Assembly: GCA_965214705.1 (NCBI GenBank)
Contig: OZ243972.1
Span: 160,001 to 224,000 of the forward strand
Direction of reading: 5' to 3'
Origin: Alphaproteobacteria bacterium
GTDB taxonomy: Bacteria; Pseudomonadota; Alphaproteobacteria; UBA828
DNA length: 64,000 nucleotides
Below are positions 19,423-32,057 of this stretch, one piece after another. Each line of letters begins with the position of its first letter. Positions within the stretch are counted from its first letter, which is position 1. Position numbers and translations under genes: made by a program. Below the pieces are notes generated by a model that was not told the origin of the DNA, did not search any database, and saw nothing but the letters and a program-made list of their open reading frames with translations.

Positions 19423-20337
19423 ATGAACAGGCCTTCGCCGGAGGAATCTCCGATCGCCGCCCTGCGCGACGAGATCGACGAGATCGACGACACGATCCAC
19501 GATCTCCTGATGCGCCGGATGGCGCTCGCCAATCGCATTAGCGAGGCCAAGCGCGCCCGCGGCGCCACCGGCGCGCTGCTGCGGCCTGCGCGCGAGGCGG
19601 CGATCCTCCGGCGGCTGCAGGAGCGCCACGAGGGGCCGTTTCCGTTCCCCGTCATCGTGCGCATCTGGTCCGAGATCATGTCGGCGACTCTCTTTGCCGA
19701 GGGCGGCTTCGCGGTCTCGGTGTTCACGGTCGAGGAGCCGAGCGAGGAGAGCCGCTTTCCGGACCTCGCGCGGGTCTATTTCGGTGCTGAGACACCGCTG
19801 ATCACCGCCCGGACGGAGAGCGGCGTGCTGCGCGGCGTGCGCGACGGCAAGGCATCCATCGGCGTGCTGCCGGTGCCTGCGGATGCGATGAGCGGCGATG
19901 TCGGGGTAAGCGCCGAGCCCTGGTGGCTGACGCTCGCCGTCAGCGACGAAGAGAGGCCGATGATCGTCTCCCGCCTGCCCTGGCTCGCGGGCGGACGACA
20001 CGCCGCCGGCAAGACCAATGCGCTCGTGGTGGCCATGACCCCGCCGGCACCTTCAGGCGATGACGTTTCGTACCTCGCGGTGGAATCCTCCGACACGATC
20101 AGCCGCGACCGCATCCGCTCGGCGCTCGCAGTGACCGGCATCGCGGTGACCGGCTCCGTGGCCTGGCACGGCGACGGCGGCGCGCCCGGCCGCTGGCAGC
20201 TGATCGAGGTCGATGGCTTCGTCGCCGAGGAGGACGAGCGGCTGCAGCGCTTCGCCGAGCGGCTCGGCGACGACGTCGGGCGGATCGCGGTGCTGGGCAG
20301 CTACCCGAGGCCGCCTGCCCCCGCGCGGGCCGGCTGA
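19423..20337 (+). CDS. chorismate mutase with C-terminal PDT-like domain
   Basis: LRDEIDEIDD.IHDLL.RR and LRPAREAAILRRL; C-terminal LGSYP; CM-hisC-tyrC synteny. Confidence 0.85.
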   Translation: MNRPSPEESPIAALRDEIDEIDDTIHDLLMRRMALANRISEAKRARGATGALLRPAREAAILRRLQERHEGPFPFPVIVRIWSEIMSATLFAEGGFAVSVFTVEEPSEESRFPDLARVYFGAETPLITARTESGVLRGVRDGKASIGVLPVPADAMSGDVGVSAEPWWLTLAVSDEERPMIVSRLPWLAGGRHAAGKTNALVVAMTPPAPSGDDVSYLAVESSDTISRDRIRSALAVTGIAVTGSVAWHGDGGAPGRWQLIEVDGFVAEEDERLQRFAERLGDDVGRIAVLGSYPRPPAPARAG

Positions 20338-20355
20338 CGGGAAGCGGGGACAGCC

Positions 20356-21483
20356 ATGCCGGTCCAGCCGACGCCCCGCCCCGGGATCATGGAGATCTCG
20401 CCCTACGTGGGCGGGCGATCCACCGCATCGGGCCACGCCAACACCATCAAGCTCTCCTCCAACGAGTCCGCCCTCGGGCCCAGCCCCAAGGCGCAGGCCG
20501 CGTACCGGGAGCTTGCCGGGTCGCTCCACCGCTATCCTGACGGCGGCGCCACGGAGCTGCGCATGGCGCTCGGTGCGCTCCACGGCATCGATCCCGATCG
20601 CATCGTCTGCGGCAACGGCTCGGACGAGCTGCTGCAGCTTGTCGCCCACGCCTATGCCGGCCCCGGCGACGAGATCGTCTATTGCCGCCACGGCTTCCTG
20701 GTCTATCCGATCGCGACGCTCGCCGTCGGCGCGACGCCCGTCGTGGCACCCGAGACCGACTACACCGCCGACGTCGACGCGATCCTGGGCCTGGTGACCG
20801 AGCGGACCCGGATCGTCTTCCTCGCCAACCCCAACAACCCGACCGGGACCTATATTCCGAAGGGCGAACTGCGGCGCCTCTGGGGCGGCCTGCCTGAGCA
20901 CGTCGTGCTGGTGGTCGATTCGGCTTACGCGGAGTTCGCCCCTACCGAAGATTACGATTCCGGCCTCGACCTCGCCGGCATGGCCCCCAACGTCGTGATG
21001 ACCCGCACGTTCTCGAAGGCCTATGGGCTCGCGGCGCTGCGGCTCGGCTGGGCCTATGGGCCGCCCGCCATCATCGACGTGCTCCACCGCATTCGCGGCC
21101 CCTTCAACGCCAATGCTGCGGCGCTCGCTGCAGCGCTGGCAGCGTTGGAGGATCAGGACCACATCGCGCGCGCCAGGCAGCACAACGAGCGATGCCTCGG
21201 TGCGCTTGCCGCGCGGCTCAGGGCCTCCGGGCTCCATGTCGTGCCCAGCGTCTGCAACTTCCTGCTGGTGCGCTTCCCCGACGAGCCGGGGCGGGATGCT
21301 GCGGCGGCCGATCGCTTCCTCACCGAACGCGGCATCGTCGCCCGGCGGATGGAGCCCTATCACCTCGCCGACTGTCTCAGGATCACCATCGGGCTGGAGG
21401 CGGAGAACGAGGCCCTGGCCCAGGCGCTCGAGGCCTTCATGGCGCCGCCTGCGTCGGGCGCAAACGCGGGCGACGACAGATGA
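20356..21483 (+). CDS. hisC: histidinol-phosphate aminotransferase
   Basis: KLSSNES, RYPD, GNGSDELL, ANPNNPTG and RTFSKAYGLAALRLG. Confidence 0.95.
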   Translation: MPVQPTPRPGIMEISPYVGGRSTASGHANTIKLSSNESALGPSPKAQAAYRELAGSLHRYPDGGATELRMALGALHGIDPDRIVCGNGSDELLQLVAHAYAGPGDEIVYCRHGFLVYPIATLAVGATPVVAPETDYTADVDAILGLVTERTRIVFLANPNNPTGTYIPKGELRRLWGGLPEHVVLVVDSAYAEFAPTEDYDSGLDLAGMAPNVVMTRTFSKAYGLAALRLGWAYGPPAIIDVLHRIRGPFNANAAALAAALAALEDQDHIARARQHNERCLGALAARLRASGLHVVPSVCNFLLVRFPDEPGRDAAAADRFLTERGIVARRMEPYHLADCLRITIGLEAENEALAQALEAFMAPPASGANAGDDR

Positions 21484-22361
21484 GCGAACCCTTTTCCCGC
21501 GTCGCGCTGATCGGCCTCGGCCTGGTCAACTCTTCGCTCGCGCGGGTGTTGCGGCAGAAGGCGCCCGCGACCGAAATCGTGGGTTGCGCCCGCAGCCAGG
21601 CGACCATCGACAAGGCGACGGAGCTCGGCTTCGTCGACCGGGTGACGCTGGACCCTGCGGAAGCGGTGGAAGGCTGCGACCTGGTGGTGCTGGGCTCGCC
21701 GGTCGGCACGTTTGCGCCGCTCGCGACGAAAATAGGGCCGCATCTCGCCGAAGGGGCAACCCTGACCGACGTCGGCTCGGTCAAGAACGCGGTGTTCGCT
21801 GCGGTGTCGCCGCACGTGCCACCGGGCGTCCATCTGATCCCCGGCCATCCGGTCGCGGGCACCGAGCATTCCGGCCCCGAGGCCGGCTTCGCCGAGATGT
21901 TCGAGGGCCGCTGGTGCATCCTGACCCCGCCGGAAGACGCCGACCCCGCAGTGGTCGAGCGCGTCGCCGCGCTTTGGCGCATGGCCGGGATGTCGGTGGA
22001 GCTGATGAGCGCCGACCATCACGACGCGGTGCTCGCCATCACCTCGCACCTGCCGCATCTGATCGCCTACAACATCGTCGGCACGGTCACCGACCTCGAG
22101 GAGGAGACCAAGGAAGAGGTGTTCAAGTACGCAGCCGCCGGATTCCGGGACTTCACGCGCATCGCCGCCTCGGACCCGATCATGTGGCGCGACATCTTCC
22201 TCACCAATCGGGAGGCAGTGCTGGAGATGCTGGGCCGCTTCAGCGAGGACCTCTCGGCGCTGCAGCGCGCCATCCGGCGCGGCGACGGCGCCTATCTGGA
22301 GACGCTTTTCACCCGCACCCGCGCGATCCGGCGCGGCGTGATCGAGGCCAAGCAGGTTTGA
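21480..22361 (+). CDS. tyrC: prephenate/arogenate (cyclohexadienyl) dehydrogenase
   Basis: ALIGLGL, TDVGSVK, GHPVAGTEHSGP, SHLPHL and FRDFTRIAASDP.MWRDIF; ATGA overlap with hisC. Confidence 0.92.
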   Translation: MSEPFSRVALIGLGLVNSSLARVLRQKAPATEIVGCARSQATIDKATELGFVDRVTLDPAEAVEGCDLVVLGSPVGTFAPLATKIGPHLAEGATLTDVGSVKNAVFAAVSPHVPPGVHLIPGHPVAGTEHSGPEAGFAEMFEGRWCILTPPEDADPAVVERVAALWRMAGMSVELMSADHHDAVLAITSHLPHLIAYNIVGTVTDLEEETKEEVFKYAAAGFRDFTRIAASDPIMWRDIFLTNREAVLEMLGRFSEDLSALQRAIRRGDGAYLETLFTRTRAIRRGVIEAKQV

Positions 22362-22385
22362 CAGGATTGCGACGGGTGGAGGTGA

Positions 22386-23186
22386 TTAGGTGAGACCGAG
22401 AACGTCCGCCATCGTGTAGAGGCCCGGCCCGCGCCCTTCCGCCCACCGCGCGGCCTGCACGGCGCCGCGGGCGTAGGTCTGACGGTTGGACGAGCGAACC
22501 GCCAGCTCCAGCCTCTCGCCGTCGGCCGCGAAGATCACGCTGTGCTCGCCGGTCACATCGCCACCGCGCAGCGCGGCGAGGCCGATCTCGCCCCGCGGAC
22601 GCGCTCCGGTCACGCCATCGCGACCACGCGCCGCGACCTCATCGAACGCGACCCCACGCGCACGCGCCGCCGCCCGGCCGAGGCCCAAGGCCGTGCCCGA
22701 GGGCGCGTCGACCTTGTACCGGTGGTGCATCTCGACGATCTCGATGTCGTAGTCGTCGTCCAGCAGGCCGGCGACCTGTTCGGTCAGCCTGAACAGCAGG
22801 TTGACCGCCAGGCTCATGTTGGGGGCCTGCACCACCGCAACCTGCGCCGCCGCAGCCTCCAGCGCGGCCTGCTCGTCGGCGCCGAGGCCCGTGGTGCCAA
22901 TCACCAGCATCGTGCCTTCGGCCGCCGCAAGCTCGGCGTGGCGGGCGGCGGCGCCCGGCAGGGTGAAGTCGAGCACCGCGTCGGCAGCCCGGAACATCGC
23001 CTGCGCGTCGTCGCCCACCGCGACGCCGAGCGGCTCGATCCCGGCGAGCGCGCCACAGTCCCGTCCAAGCGCAGCATGGCCGGGAACCTCGGTCGCGGCC
23101 ACCACGGTGCAGCCGTCGGTCGCCGTTACCTGACGGGTCAGCGCCTGGCCCATGCGCCCGGCGGCGCCCGGGATTCCGATTTTCAT
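22386..23186 (-). CDS. dapB: 4-hydroxy-tetrahydrodipicolinate reductase
   Basis: GAAGRMG, DFT, IGTTG, EMHHRYKVDAPSGTA and RGGDV.GEH. Confidence 0.96.
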   Translation of the reverse strand: MKIGIPGAAGRMGQALTRQVTATDGCTVVAATEVPGHAALGRDCGALAGIEPLGVAVGDDAQAMFRAADAVLDFTLPGAAARHAELAAAEGTMLVIGTTGLGADEQAALEAAAAQVAVVQAPNMSLAVNLLFRLTEQVAGLLDDDYDIEIVEMHHRYKVDAPSGTALGLGRAAARARGVAFDEVAARGRDGVTGARPRGEIGLAALRGGDVTGEHSVIFAADGERLELAVRSSNRQTYARGAVQAARWAEGRGPGLYTMADVLGLT

Positions 23187-23348
23187 CGCTTCTCCTTTCA
23201 CTATCCCTCAGGCGCCGGGCGCTCGCTCCGCTCGCTTGACTTACGCGCTTCGCGCGCGGCGCAGTCGCGCCGTCCGGGCCTGGCGGCCCGGCACAAATCG
23301 CATCCCGCACCTCGCGAGCCGCCGAACGCGTCGTCCGCGAGGCCCCGC

Positions 23349-24488
23349 TCAGTCCTTCAAATCCTCCCAGAGCTCCTTCACCTTGGCGAAGAAGCCTTCG
23401 GACTCCGGGCTGGTCGGGCGGGAGCCGCCCTGCTCATTGAACTGCTTCAGCAGCTCCTTCTGGCGCTTGCTGAGGTTGACCGGCGTCTCCACCGCGACCT
23501 CGATGTACATGTCGCCGTGGCCGGCGCCCCGCAATGCCGGCATGCCCTTGCCGCGCAAGCGAAACTGATGCCCCGACTGGGTGCCCGCCGGCACCGTGAC
23601 CCGCGCGCGGCTGCCGCCAACCGTCGGCACTTCGACCGCGCCGCCGAGCGCCGCGGTGGTCATCGGGATGGGCACGCGGCAGTGAACATGCTTGGCGTCG
23701 CGCTGGAAGATGGGGTGCGGCTCGACCGACAGGAAGATGTAGAGATCGCCCGGCGGGGCGCCGCGCGCGCCGGCCTCGCCCTCGCCGGCGAGGCGGATGC
23801 GGGTGCCGTCCTCGACACCCGTCGGAATGTTCACCGAGAGCGACTTCTCCTTCTGCACCCGGCCTGCGCCTCGGCAGTTGGGGCAGGGGTCGGCGATCAC
23901 TTGGCCTGCGCCCTGGCAGGTGGGGCAGGTCCGCTCGATGGTAAAGAAACCCTGCTGTGCCCGCACCTTGCCTGCGCCGCCGCAGGTCCCACAGGCCGAA
24001 GGCCGAGTGCCGGCGCGGGCGCCTGAGCCGCCGCAGGGCTCGCAGTTCACGGTGCCGGGAACGCGGATCGTCGCTTGCTTGCCGTTGTAGGCGTCCTCCA
24101 GCGTGATCTCCATGTTGTAGCGGAGATCCGCCCCGCGGGCCGGCTGCCGCCGGCCGCCGCGGCGTTGGCCGCCACCCATGAAGTCGCCGAACAGGTCGTC
24201 GAAGACGTCGGCAAAGCTCGTGCCGAAGTCGAAGCCGCCCGCGCCGGGGCCGCCGCTCGCACCGTCGAAGGCGGCGTGGCCGAAGCGGTCGTAGGCCGCA
24301 CGCTTCTCCTTGTCGGAGAGCACGTGGTAGGCCTCGGAAATCTCCTTGAACTTCTGCTCGGCGGCCTGGTCATCCGGATTGCGGTCCGGATGGTACTGCA
24401 TCGCGAGCTTGCGATAGGCCTTCTTGAGATCGTCCTCGCTAGCGTCGCGGGAGGCGCCGAGAAGGTCGTAATAGTCGGCCTTGGCCAT
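23349..24488 (-). CDS. dnaJ: chaperone DnaJ
   Basis: J domain with HPD, G/F-rich region and four CxxCxGxG repeats. Confidence 0.97.
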   Translation of the reverse strand: MAKADYYDLLGASRDASEDDLKKAYRKLAMQYHPDRNPDDQAAEQKFKEISEAYHVLSDKEKRAAYDRFGHAAFDGASGGPGAGGFDFGTSFADVFDDLFGDFMGGGQRRGGRRQPARGADLRYNMEITLEDAYNGKQATIRVPGTVNCEPCGGSGARAGTRPSACGTCGGAGKVRAQQGFFTIERTCPTCQGAGQVIADPCPNCRGAGRVQKEKSLSVNIPTGVEDGTRIRLAGEGEAGARGAPPGDLYIFLSVEPHPIFQRDAKHVHCRVPIPMTTAALGGAVEVPTVGGSRARVTVPAGTQSGHQFRLRGKGMPALRGAGHGDMYIEVAVETPVNLSKRQKELLKQFNEQGGSRPTSPESEGFFAKVKELWEDLKD

Positions 24489-24571
24489 GGTTCAGCGCCC
24501 CGCTCGGGCGTGGCCCATGGCCCGACAGCCGCCGACAGCCTCCGCGTTCACGGGAGCCGCCTTCCGCCGGT

Positions 24572-26518
<1,947 letters not shown>

Positions 26519-26649
26519 GTCTCGTCCCTATTGTCAGCAGGCCCGAACGACCACGTCATGCATCGCTTCGCGCCCCGTGTCCTTTGCCCTATGTCTCATG
26601 CCCATGGGGCTCCCCCCTCGCGGCGGGCAACCGCCGCGTCCAATGGTCA

Positions 26650-26677
26650 ATATGGGTGCAGATTTGCGCCCTGCAAG
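26650..26677 (-). promoter_or_regulatory. RpoH (sigma32) heat-shock promoter of dnaK
   Basis: CTTGCA-N15-CCCATAT on the minus strand upstream of dnaK. Confidence 0.7.
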
Positions 26678-26702
26678 CGTCCAGAACGGCGCGTCTGCAG
26701 GC

Positions 26703-27437
26703 TCATGAGGGCTCATCCGCCGGCGCGTCCGCGCCGTCTGACCCGGTCTCCGCCTCGGCTTCGGCCTCGGGATCGGCTTCGTCGTCTGCTGCCGGTGGAG
26801 TGCCGCCCTTGGCCACACCCACCATCGCCTCGCGCAGCAGGCGGTCGCCGATCCTGTAGCCCGTCTGAAAGACCTGGACGACGGTGCCATCCGGCTGGTC
26901 CGTCTCCGCGGTCTCGAACAGCGCCTGGTGCAGGTTGTAGTCGAACTTCTCACCCAGCGGGTCGATCTTGGTGATGCCGTGGCGCCCCAGCGCCGTCTCG
27001 AACTCCCGCGCCGTCATCTCGATGCCCTCGGCAATCGCCTTCACCGCGTCGTCGCTCTCGCGCCGCTCGGCGGGAATGCTCTCCAGCGCACGGCCCAGGT
27101 TGTCCGCCACCCCGAGCAGGTCCTGGGCGAAGCGCGAAATCGCATAGTTTCGCGCGTCGTCCACGTCCTTCTTGGCCCTGCGCCGCGCGTTCTCGGCGTC
27201 GGCAAGGGCGCGCAGGAGCTGATCCTTGAGCGCGTCTTCCCCGTCCTCCGCCTCATCCTCTTCGGCGTCGGTAACGTCTTCAACGTCGGGCGCTTCCAGA
27301 GCGTCCGCGTCCTCGGCGCTCTCCTCGGCGTCGCCCGCGGCGCTCTGCTCTGCGGATGGGGCGGCGGCGTCAGTTTCAGGTCCCGCCTGTTCGGGCTCTG
27401 CTCGTTCGGGCTCCGCCCGTTCGGTCTCGTTCTGCAT
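26703..27437 (-). CDS. grpE: nucleotide exchange factor GrpE
   Basis: LRALADAENARRR, FAQDLLGVADNL.RAL, FDYNLHQA and GYRIGDRLLR.AMV.V; AAGGAG SD before ATG at 27437. Confidence 0.95.
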   Translation of the reverse strand: MQNETERAEPERAEPEQAGPETDAAAPSAEQSAAGDAEESAEDADALEAPDVEDVTDAEEDEAEDGEDALKDQLLRALADAENARRRAKKDVDDARNYAISRFAQDLLGVADNLGRALESIPAERRESDDAVKAIAEGIEMTAREFETALGRHGITKIDPLGEKFDYNLHQALFETAETDQPDGTVVQVFQTGYRIGDRLLREAMVGVAKGGTPPAADDEADPEAEAEAETGSDGADAPADEPS

Positions 27438-27499
27438 GGTCTCCTTCGTTCTCTTTCGCGCCCACGGGCGCCGTCGCTCCGGGCGCGATTTTCCCTCGC

Positions 27500-28537
27500 T
27501 CACCCGAGCACCCGGCCGATGATGGCAGCCGTGTGATCCACCATCGGGATGATGCGGCCGTAGTTGATGCGTGTAGGCCCAATCACGCCGATGGCCCCGA
27601 TGAAGCGCGCCTCGGAATCGCGATAGGGCGCCACCACCATGGAGCAGCCGGTGGAGGCGAAGAGCGTGCTTTCCGCCCCGATGAAGATCTGGACCCCATC
27701 CGCGCCTTCGGTGCTCTCCAGCAGCTTGATGAAGTCGTTCCTCTCCTCCAGCGCGTCGAACAGCTGCCGGATGCGTTCGAGGTCCGCGAGCGCCGTGACG
27801 TCCTCGATCAGATTGGCCCGGCCGCGCACGATCAGGCTGCCGTGCTCGCGCGCCCCATTCGACCATTCGGCGATCCCGGCTTCGACGACGCGGGCGGTGA
27901 GATCGTCGAGCTGAGCCCGGTGCTCCTCGATTTCGGTGCGGATTTCGTCGCCGAGCTCGGCGAGGGTGCGGTCGGCAAGCCGCGCGTTCAGGTAGTTGGT
28001 GGCGCGGCTCAGGTGCGACTGGGTCATGCCCGTCGGCACGTCGATCACCCGGTTCTCGACCAGCCCAGTCTCCGTCACCATGACCGCGAGCGCGCGGCCC
28101 TGGCTGAGGCTTACGAACTCGACCTGGCGGCACGGCACGTCGGCCTTGGGCGCGAGCACCAGCCCCGCGCAGCCCGAGAGGCCCGAGAGCGCTTCGGTGG
28201 TCTCGGTCAGCATCTCCTCCACCGTGCGCCCCGCCGCCCGGCACTTGCCCTCGATGCTGGCGCGCTCGTCCTCGGTGAGCCGGCCGAGCTCCAGCAGGCC
28301 GTCCACGTAGATGCGCAAGCCCAGCTGGGTCGGCAGGCGCCCCGCCGAGACATGCGGCGCATAAAGCAGGCCGGCATCCTCCAGGTCGGCCATGACGTTC
28401 CGCACCGTCGCGGGCGAGACCGGGGTCGTGAGCCGGCGCGAGAGCGTGCGCGAGCCCACCGGCTGCCCGGTCTCCATGAATTCCTCGACCAGCCGGCGGA
28501 GCACCTCCCGGGAGCGGTCGGTCAGTTCGCGCAGCAC
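27500..28537 (-). CDS. hrcA: heat-inducible transcription repressor HrcA
   Basis: TGQPVGSRTL, SPATVRNVMADLE, PHVSAGRLPT and GVIGPTRINY. Confidence 0.96.
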   Translation of the reverse strand: MLRELTDRSREVLRRLVEEFMETGQPVGSRTLSRRLTTPVSPATVRNVMADLEDAGLLYAPHVSAGRLPTQLGLRIYVDGLLELGRLTEDERASIEGKCRAAGRTVEEMLTETTEALSGLSGCAGLVLAPKADVPCRQVEFVSLSQGRALAVMVTETGLVENRVIDVPTGMTQSHLSRATNYLNARLADRTLAELGDEIRTEIEEHRAQLDDLTARVVEAGIAEWSNGAREHGSLIVRGRANLIEDVTALADLERIRQLFDALEERNDFIKLLESTEGADGVQIFIGAESTLFASTGCSMVVAPYRDSEARFIGAIGVIGPTRINYGRIIPMVDHTAAIIGRVLG

Positions 28538-28569
28538 CCTGCAATCCCGTCCTGTGATGGGGCGGCCTG

Positions 28570-28598
28570 AATGTAGTGAGCGCCCTTGGGAGCGTCAA
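28570..28598 (-). promoter_or_regulatory. sigma70 promoter of hrcA
   Basis: TTGACG-N17-TACATT. Confidence 0.55.
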
Positions 28599-28678
28599 CG
28601 TCGCGACAGGCAACAATTTCCATGCCTTCGACGGCCTGAGTCAGCTTGTCGCGGGTAGGGCCACGCTTCAGGAGCGCG

Positions 28679-28707
28679 CTGACAAACGTCGTATTATGTA
28701 TTACAAT
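28679..28707 (+). promoter_or_regulatory. sigma70 promoter of higA with overlapping AT-rich operator-like sequence
   Basis: CTGACA-N17-TACAAT overlapping GTATTATGTATTAC. Confidence 0.55.
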
Positions 28708-28741
28708 CTAACGAGCCTCGATACTTCAAATGCAGGCACTC

Positions 28742-29023
28742 ATGCACAACCCACCCCACCCCGGGGCGTTCATCAGGCGTCAGTGCCTCGAACCGCTCGG
28801 GTTGACCGTGACGGAAGCCGCGAAGGGGCTCGCGGTATCGCGCAACACGCTGTCCATGCTGCTCAACGGTCGGATCGGGATCTCGCCCGAAATGGCCATC
28901 CGCCTGTCGCAGGCATTCGGCGGCAGTCCGGAGAGCTGGCTGCAGCAGCAGATGCAATACGACCTTTGGCACGCACAGCAGAACCGGGAAGAGGTCGCCG
29001 TGCGCCGGTTCGTCGCTGCCTGA
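28742..29023 (+). CDS. higA: HigA-family antitoxin (HTH XRE), no adjacent toxin
   Basis: [51 protein letters not shown]. Confidence 0.9.
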   Translation: MHNPPHPGAFIRRQCLEPLGLTVTEAAKGLAVSRNTLSMLLNGRIGISPEMAIRLSQAFGGSPESWLQQQMQYDLWHAQQNREEVAVRRFVAA

Positions 29024-29426
29024 CGGTGATCGGGCAGCCGCCTTTGCGGCACGGATGCTGCCCTAAATTGGCAAGCGCATTGTTTTTAGCGGCCCGCGGC
29101 ACTATCATAAGGGTGCGAAACGACTGATGGACGAGCCGCGCCGCACCGCACGCAAGACGATGGCGGGGGCGGTGGCTTCCCGGCAAGAAGCCGGGGGCAG
29201 CGGGCGCGTCCGGTGAGTCTACACCTCGAAACCACGGAACGAGTCCGATGCGGCAGCCGCCTACCATCGAGCCGACCGACCCCGCCGTGATGCGGTCCGT
29301 CGCGAGACGAGACCGCCGCGCGCCGGCCGGCGGCCCCCTTTCGGCGCGGCGCCGGATCGCGTTCCCGCGGATGCGCTTACGGGAGGCTGAGGCCCCCGCG
29401 CGCTCCCGGACGGAGAAAACACAACA

Positions 29427-32057
29427 ATGGCTAAACGAATGCTCATCGACGCCAGCCACGCGGAAGAGACCCGCGTGGTGGTGGCGGACGGAACACGCCT
29501 AGAGGAATTCGACTTCGAATCGGCTGCCAGGAAGCAACTCAAGGGAAACGTCTATCTCGCCAAGGTCATGCGCGTGGAGCCCTCGCTCCAGGCGGCATTT
29601 GTCGACTACGGCGGCAATCGCCACGGCTTCCTGCCCTTCAACGAAATCCACCCCGACTACTACCAGATCCCGGTCGCGGACCGGGAGGCGCTCTATGCCG
29701 AGACGGCGGATGCCGTCGATGACGCCGAAGAGCCCGCCGCCGCCCCGCCGGCTGCAGCGGCCGAGGACGGTGCCGACGGCGAGGCGTCGCCCGAGGGCGA
29801 TGCTCAGCCCGAGCCGACGGACGCCCCTGAGAATACGGAGGGAGCCGCCGATGATGGTGACGGCAGCAGCGATGACGGGGCCGCCCAGGCCAACGGCGCC
29901 GACGACGGCAATGGCGGGGCCAACGGCGATGCCAGTGCCAACGGCGATGTCGAGGTCATGGGCGGGGACGAGCTGGACGACCTGGAGCGCCGACGCCTTC
30001 AGGCCAGCCGCTCGCTGCTCAGCCGCCGCTACCGCATTCAGGAGGTCATCAAGAAGCGCCAGATCCTGCTGGTGCAGGTGGTCAAGGAGGAACGCGGCAA
30101 CAAGGGCGCGGCGCTCACCACCTATCTCTCGCTCGCCGGGCGCTACATCGTGCTTATGCCCAATGCGATCCGGGGCGGAGGCATCTCGCGCAAGATCGTC
30201 AACGCCGACGACCGGCGTCGCCTCAAGAAAATCATGGCCGATCTCGATATCCCGGCGCGCATGGCGGTCATCGTGCGGACCGCCGGGCTCTCGCGCTCGA
30301 AGACGGAGATCAGGCGCGACCTGGAATACCTGCTGCGCCGCTGGCAGAACATCCGCGACCTCACGATGGAATCGATGGCGCCCTGCGTCATCAACGAGGA
30401 GGCCAACCTCATCCGCCGCTCGATCCGCGACCTCTACACGCGCGACATCGAGCAGATCCTGATCGAGGGGGACGAGGGCTACAAGACCGCAAAGACGTTC
30501 ATGAAGACCATGATCCCGAGCCACGCCTCTCGCGTGAAACCCTATCGGGACCGAATTCCGCTCTTCGTCCGCTATCAGATCGAGAGCCAGCTCGATTCCA
30601 TGTACGGCCCTGAGCTCCAGCTCAAGTCGGGCGGCTACTTGGTCATCAACCCGACCGAGGCGCTGGTGGCGATCGACGTCAACTCGGGGCGGGCCACCAA
30701 GGAGCGCACGATCGAGGAGACCGCGCTCAGGACCAACCTGGAGGCGGCGGAGGAAATCGCCCGCCAGCTCAGGCTGCGCGACCTCGCCGGGCTGATCGTC
30801 ATCGACTTCATCGACATGGACGAGAACCGCAACCAGCGGGCGGTGGAACGCAAGTTCAAGGAGTCGATGAAGATCGACCGCGCGCGCATTCGCATGGGCC
30901 GGATCAGCCCCTTCGGCCTGATGGAGCTCTCGCGCCAGCGGCTGCGGCCGAGCCTGGTGGAAGCCAGCATGGAGCGCTGCGCGAGCTGCGCCGGCACCGG
31001 CGTCAGACGCTCGGTGGAATCGTCCGCAGTCCACGCGCTCAGAGCCATCGAGGAGGAAGGGCTGCAGGGGCGGAGCGCCGAGATCCTGCTGCGTGTGCCG
31101 GCTGCGGTCGGGCTTTACATCCTCAACCGCAAGCGCCGGATGCTGGAGGAGATCGAGCAGCGCTACGCGTTCGCCGTCAGCTTCGAGCAGGACGACAGCC
31201 TGGTGCCGCCGAGCTACGCGATCGAGCGGCTCGCGGCCCGGCCCGCACCGGTCGAGGAGCCTGCGGAGGAAGAGGCAGACGAGGCGCCCCAGCGCGAGAG
31301 CAAGGCCAAGCAGGAGACCAAGGGCGAGTCCGCGGAGCCGACCAAGCGCCGCCGTCGGCGCCGGCGCAAGCCGCGTGGCGAGGGGGCGGAGGAAGCCCCT
31401 GCCGAGGCTGCCACCTCCGCACCGGCTGAGGTGGCCCCGGCCGAAGGCGGCTCTGAGGACGAGAAGGAGGAGTCGGCAGCCGCAGCGGACGACAAGGCCG
31501 AGAAGACCGAAGATGCTCCTCGCGCCAAGCGCCGGCGTCGAGGCCGACGTGGTGGGCGCGGCCGCGCGCCCAAGCAGCAGGAGCGGCAGGAGGAAGCGCG
31601 CGAGGCCCCCGGCGCAGTAGCCGAGGAGACGACTCCTCCGCTCGCGGCGGAGGGAGACGCATCACCCGCGTCTGCAGCCGAGATCGAGTCCCCGACGGCC
31701 CCCGCAACTCCCGCCGCCGAAGAAGCGGCCACCCCCGCCAACGACGCGAGCGCGCCGGCCCCCGCCACATCCGAGCCTGAGCTTGAGGCACCGCCGGCAC
31801 CGGTGTTTGCGCCGCCGGCGCCAGCGCCCTTGCCTGAGCCAGCGGCTATCGATGGCCCGCAGGCGACCGCAGCGAGTGGTAACGGATCGGACGACGCATC
31901 GCGCCCGGAGGCTGTTGAGGTCTCCGACGGGAGCGAGGCTCCTTCGGTCGACGGCGGCGACAACGCACCCACCGCGGTGCTTCCGCCGGACGATATCGAG
32001 GGTGAGCGCCCCCGGCGGCGCGGCTGGTGGCAGCGCCTCGCCTCATCGTCGCGATAA
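29427..32057 (+). CDS. rne: ribonuclease E
   Basis: MLIDASH.EETRV, VEPSLQAAFVDYG, KEERGNKGAALTT, IDVNSG and CxxC; acidic S1 insertion; Arg-rich disordered C-terminal domain ending RRRGWWQR. Confidence 0.96.
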   Translation: MAKRMLIDASHAEETRVVVADGTRLEEFDFESAARKQLKGNVYLAKVMRVEPSLQAAFVDYGGNRHGFLPFNEIHPDYYQIPVADREALYAETADAVDDAEEPAAAPPAAAAEDGADGEASPEGDAQPEPTDAPENTEGAADDGDGSSDDGAAQANGADDGNGGANGDASANGDVEVMGGDELDDLERRRLQASRSLLSRRYRIQEVIKKRQILLVQVVKEERGNKGAALTTYLSLAGRYIVLMPNAIRGGGISRKIVNADDRRRLKKIMADLDIPARMAVIVRTAGLSRSKTEIRRDLEYLLRRWQNIRDLTMESMAPCVINEEANLIRRSIRDLYTRDIEQILIEGDEGYKTAKTFMKTMIPSHASRVKPYRDRIPLFVRYQIESQLDSMYGPELQLKSGGYLVINPTEALVAIDVNSGRATKERTIEETALRTNLEAAEEIARQLRLRDLAGLIVIDFIDMDENRNQRAVERKFKESMKIDRARIRMGRISPFGLMELSRQRLRPSLVEASMERCASCAGTGVRRSVESSAVHALRAIEEEGLQGRSAEILLRVPAAVGLYILNRKRRMLEEIEQRYAFAVSFEQDDSLVPPSYAIERLAARPAPVEEPAEEEADEAPQRESKAKQETKGESAEPTKRRRRRRRKPRGEGAEEAPAEAATSAPAEVAPAEGGSEDEKEESAAAADDKAEKTEDAPRAKRRRRGRRGGRGRAPKQQERQEEAREAPGAVAEETTPPLAAEGDASPASAAEIESPTAPATPAAEEAATPANDASAPAPATSEPELEAPPAPVFAPPAPAPLPEPAAIDGPQATAASGNGSDDASRPEAVEVSDGSEAPSVDGGDNAPTAVLPPDDIEGERPRRRGWWQRLASSSR

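Noticed and set aside
27380-27430. 15-bp tandem repeats (ERAEP ERAEP EQAGP) in the grpE N-terminus
   Set aside because: In-frame low-complexity repeats in a disordered tail; not a CRISPR array or regulatory repeat.
26703-28616. 637-aa ORF suggesting a giant GrpE fusion
   Set aside because: The upstream part is an off-frame read through hrcA; grpE has its own SD and ATG at 27437. Typical high-GC open frame.
26519-28680. CIRCE element near hrcA/grpE/dnaK
   Set aside because: No TTAGCACTC-N9-GAGTGCTAA found by eye; dnaK has a sigma32-type promoter instead.
29700-32057. Acidic and Arg-rich low-complexity tracts in rne
   Set aside because: Normal features of alphaproteobacterial RNase E (S1 insertion and disordered C-terminal domain).
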